64,000 nt of DNA, taken from contig OZ024740.1 of assembly GCA_964016885.1 (NCBI GenBank), forward strand, positions 412,796,001-412,860,000. The letters run 5' to 3'. Below the pieces are notes generated by a model. The model saw only the letters and a list, made by a program, of their open reading frames with translations, made no database searches and had not been told where the DNA came from. The stretch is from Eledone cirrhosa. Taxonomy: Eukaryota. Below, in pieces: positions 62,181 through 64,000 of this stretch. The position numbers were made by a program, and so were the translations under genes. Positions within the stretch are counted from its first letter, which is position 1. Each line of letters starts with the position of its first letter.

Positions 62181-62417
62181 ATAGTGGGAGACCTATGAAC
62201 AATGATAGTGGGAGACCTATGAACCTAAGATTTGTAGACAGGAAAAAGTTAAAAGAAACAACAGCTAATGTAAACAAAGTCATCCCATACCTTGAGGCGA
62301 GGAGCCTTCACCAGTGCAACAATATCCTCAAGAGCAACAGCAAATACGGTGAGGAAACTACTTGGTATAAAAGCGAGAGGAAACAACAGACAAGAAAGAG
62401 CAGAGCCGTGGTGGAAG
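62181..62417 (+). mobile_element. R4/Dong internal fragment duplicating the start of 59295
   Basis: Same ATAGTGGGAGACCTATGAACAATG-ATAGTGGGAGACCTATGAACC junction. Confidence 0.88.
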
Positions 62418-64000
62418 ATCGCTCCCGTAAATTTTGATTTTTTAACATATTTAAATCATTTGTGAAATAACAATTTTTAGTACAAATGTTACGTAAAGCA
62501 TCCGGCTTGAGCCCCCAAAAAATTCGGACCAAAAATATATTGTTATAAGGCTCAAATATTCAACTTTGTATTGTACATTGTATATTCAAAAAAGAAAATG
62601 GCTATAAATGGATGGAAGAAGAAGAAGCCCCCCCCCCCCTCCTCTGTCTACACTATATAGAACAGCCAAACAACAGCAATTTCACCAACACCAGAAACTA
62701 GATACACCACCTACCCCATCACTCCTCTGTGTACACTAAATACAACAGCCAGATAACGGCAATTTCACCACCACCACAACCAATCTCAACATAATAATGA
62801 TAATAATAATTACTATTATTATTGTCCCAAGTTGTAACAAAATGTTTAATTCCAACATTAAGGGAATTTATGTCAACACATGTACGCGACTAGCTCCAGA
62901 GATTCACCGAACGGACAACAGTAACGACAACGCCATCACTACAGTCACCGCCGCCGCCGCCCATCCATCATTACTACCACTATCCCATCACCGCCGCCAC
63001 CACTCCTTCATTGCTACCACCACTACCCCCCCCCCCCACACACACACTACCTTCTGTTAACTTACGAAAGGGGAGGATGGCGATATCACTAGACAATATT
63101 GATAAACAAGATTAATATTTAATTTTGGATCAGGAATGTTGGAGTCGAAAATGGCAAAATGACTAAACGACTACAGATTATTATTTCACTACCAATACCA
63201 CCACCACTGCCACGATGAAAACTCTGGTCGAATCGACTCAAACTTATACCCCAACTACAACACCATCACTACAGTAATACGATCACATCACCACCACTAC
63301 TAAACGACTACGGATTATTATTTCACCACCAATAACACCACCACTACCACGCTGAAAACTCTGGTCAAATCGCCTCAAATTTATACTCCAACTACAAAAC
63401 CATCACTACAGTAAAACGATCACATCACCATCATCACTGCCTCAGTATCGCTGCCGCCGCTATATCCTCTCCCACTGCCTCCTACTAGTTGCTGCTAGCA
63501 CAGCACCACCACCACATTGTAGAATTCCTACTAAAAAAGAGGAAGGCATCAAAATATAGATAGACTCAAAAGAAAAAACAAAAATCAAAATCAAAGCAGC
63601 ACAGCAATAACAACAACAACAAAAAAAAAACAGACAGAAAAAAACAAAAACAAAAAAACGTGAAGAAAATAAGAATGAAGAGAGAAACGAACGGACGGAC
63701 AGAGAAGGGAAGGGAAAAACTAAGTCAGACATTCGAACACTACATTACAATGAATCTTATGTTTATTCAGTTTTGGGGTTTTTTCTGCCTGTTTGTTTGT
63801 TTGTTTATTTGTGTTCGTCTACAGCGTGATAATGCCACACAAGAGCCACGTGGAGCGACGTAACCACCGGAGACGGTGAATCCACAGGTGGTTATGTAAC
63901 CATACATTCGCCAATCCTCAATAAGAGTGTTTAAATGTCGAACCTAAACAGTTCGAATAACGGTGAAATGGAGACTAGAACGTCATGTGACAGACTCTCA
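62418..64000 (+). mobile_element. R4/Dong 5'UTR (long variant) and ORF start (ATG 63935), running off the window
   Basis: Collinear with 48301-49150 (ATCGCTCCCGTAA.., TTAATATTTAATTTTGGATCAG, GGTGGTTATGTAACCATACATTC, MSNLNSSNNGE). Confidence 0.85.

Overview
A eukaryotic (animal) genomic window made almost entirely of transposable elements, with no recognisable host gene. The SINE and microsatellite content resembles my recollection of octopus/cephalopod DNA; this is an inference and was not checked. Zone 1 (1-14 kb) is (TA)n-rich. It holds SINEs, RTE and CRE LINE remnants, a complete-ended pogo (DD35D) DNA transposon, and about ten small non-coding inserts between (TA)n tracts. These inserts are fold-backs or circularly permuted units carrying type I hammerhead ribozyme cores (one apparently intact, 8929-9010) and a shared YGAGTGCT box, i.e. 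Penelope-type/retrozyme-like mini-elements. Zone 2 (14-64 kb) is an (ATT/AAT)n habitat. It holds a 27.6-kb head-to-tail array of five L1/Tx1 elements, further Tx1 copies on the minus strand, and eight R4/Dong (RLE) copies or fragments that face the opposite way in the microsatellite. Most striking: in three divergent Tx1 junction types the ORF1 stop codon overlaps or abuts a GTAAGT/GTAATT splice donor, and a ~53-nt GT-AG segment would, if spliced, fuse ORF1 to ORF2 in frame. All coding sequences are decayed. All calls come from reading the sequence by eye; no searches or folding programs were run.
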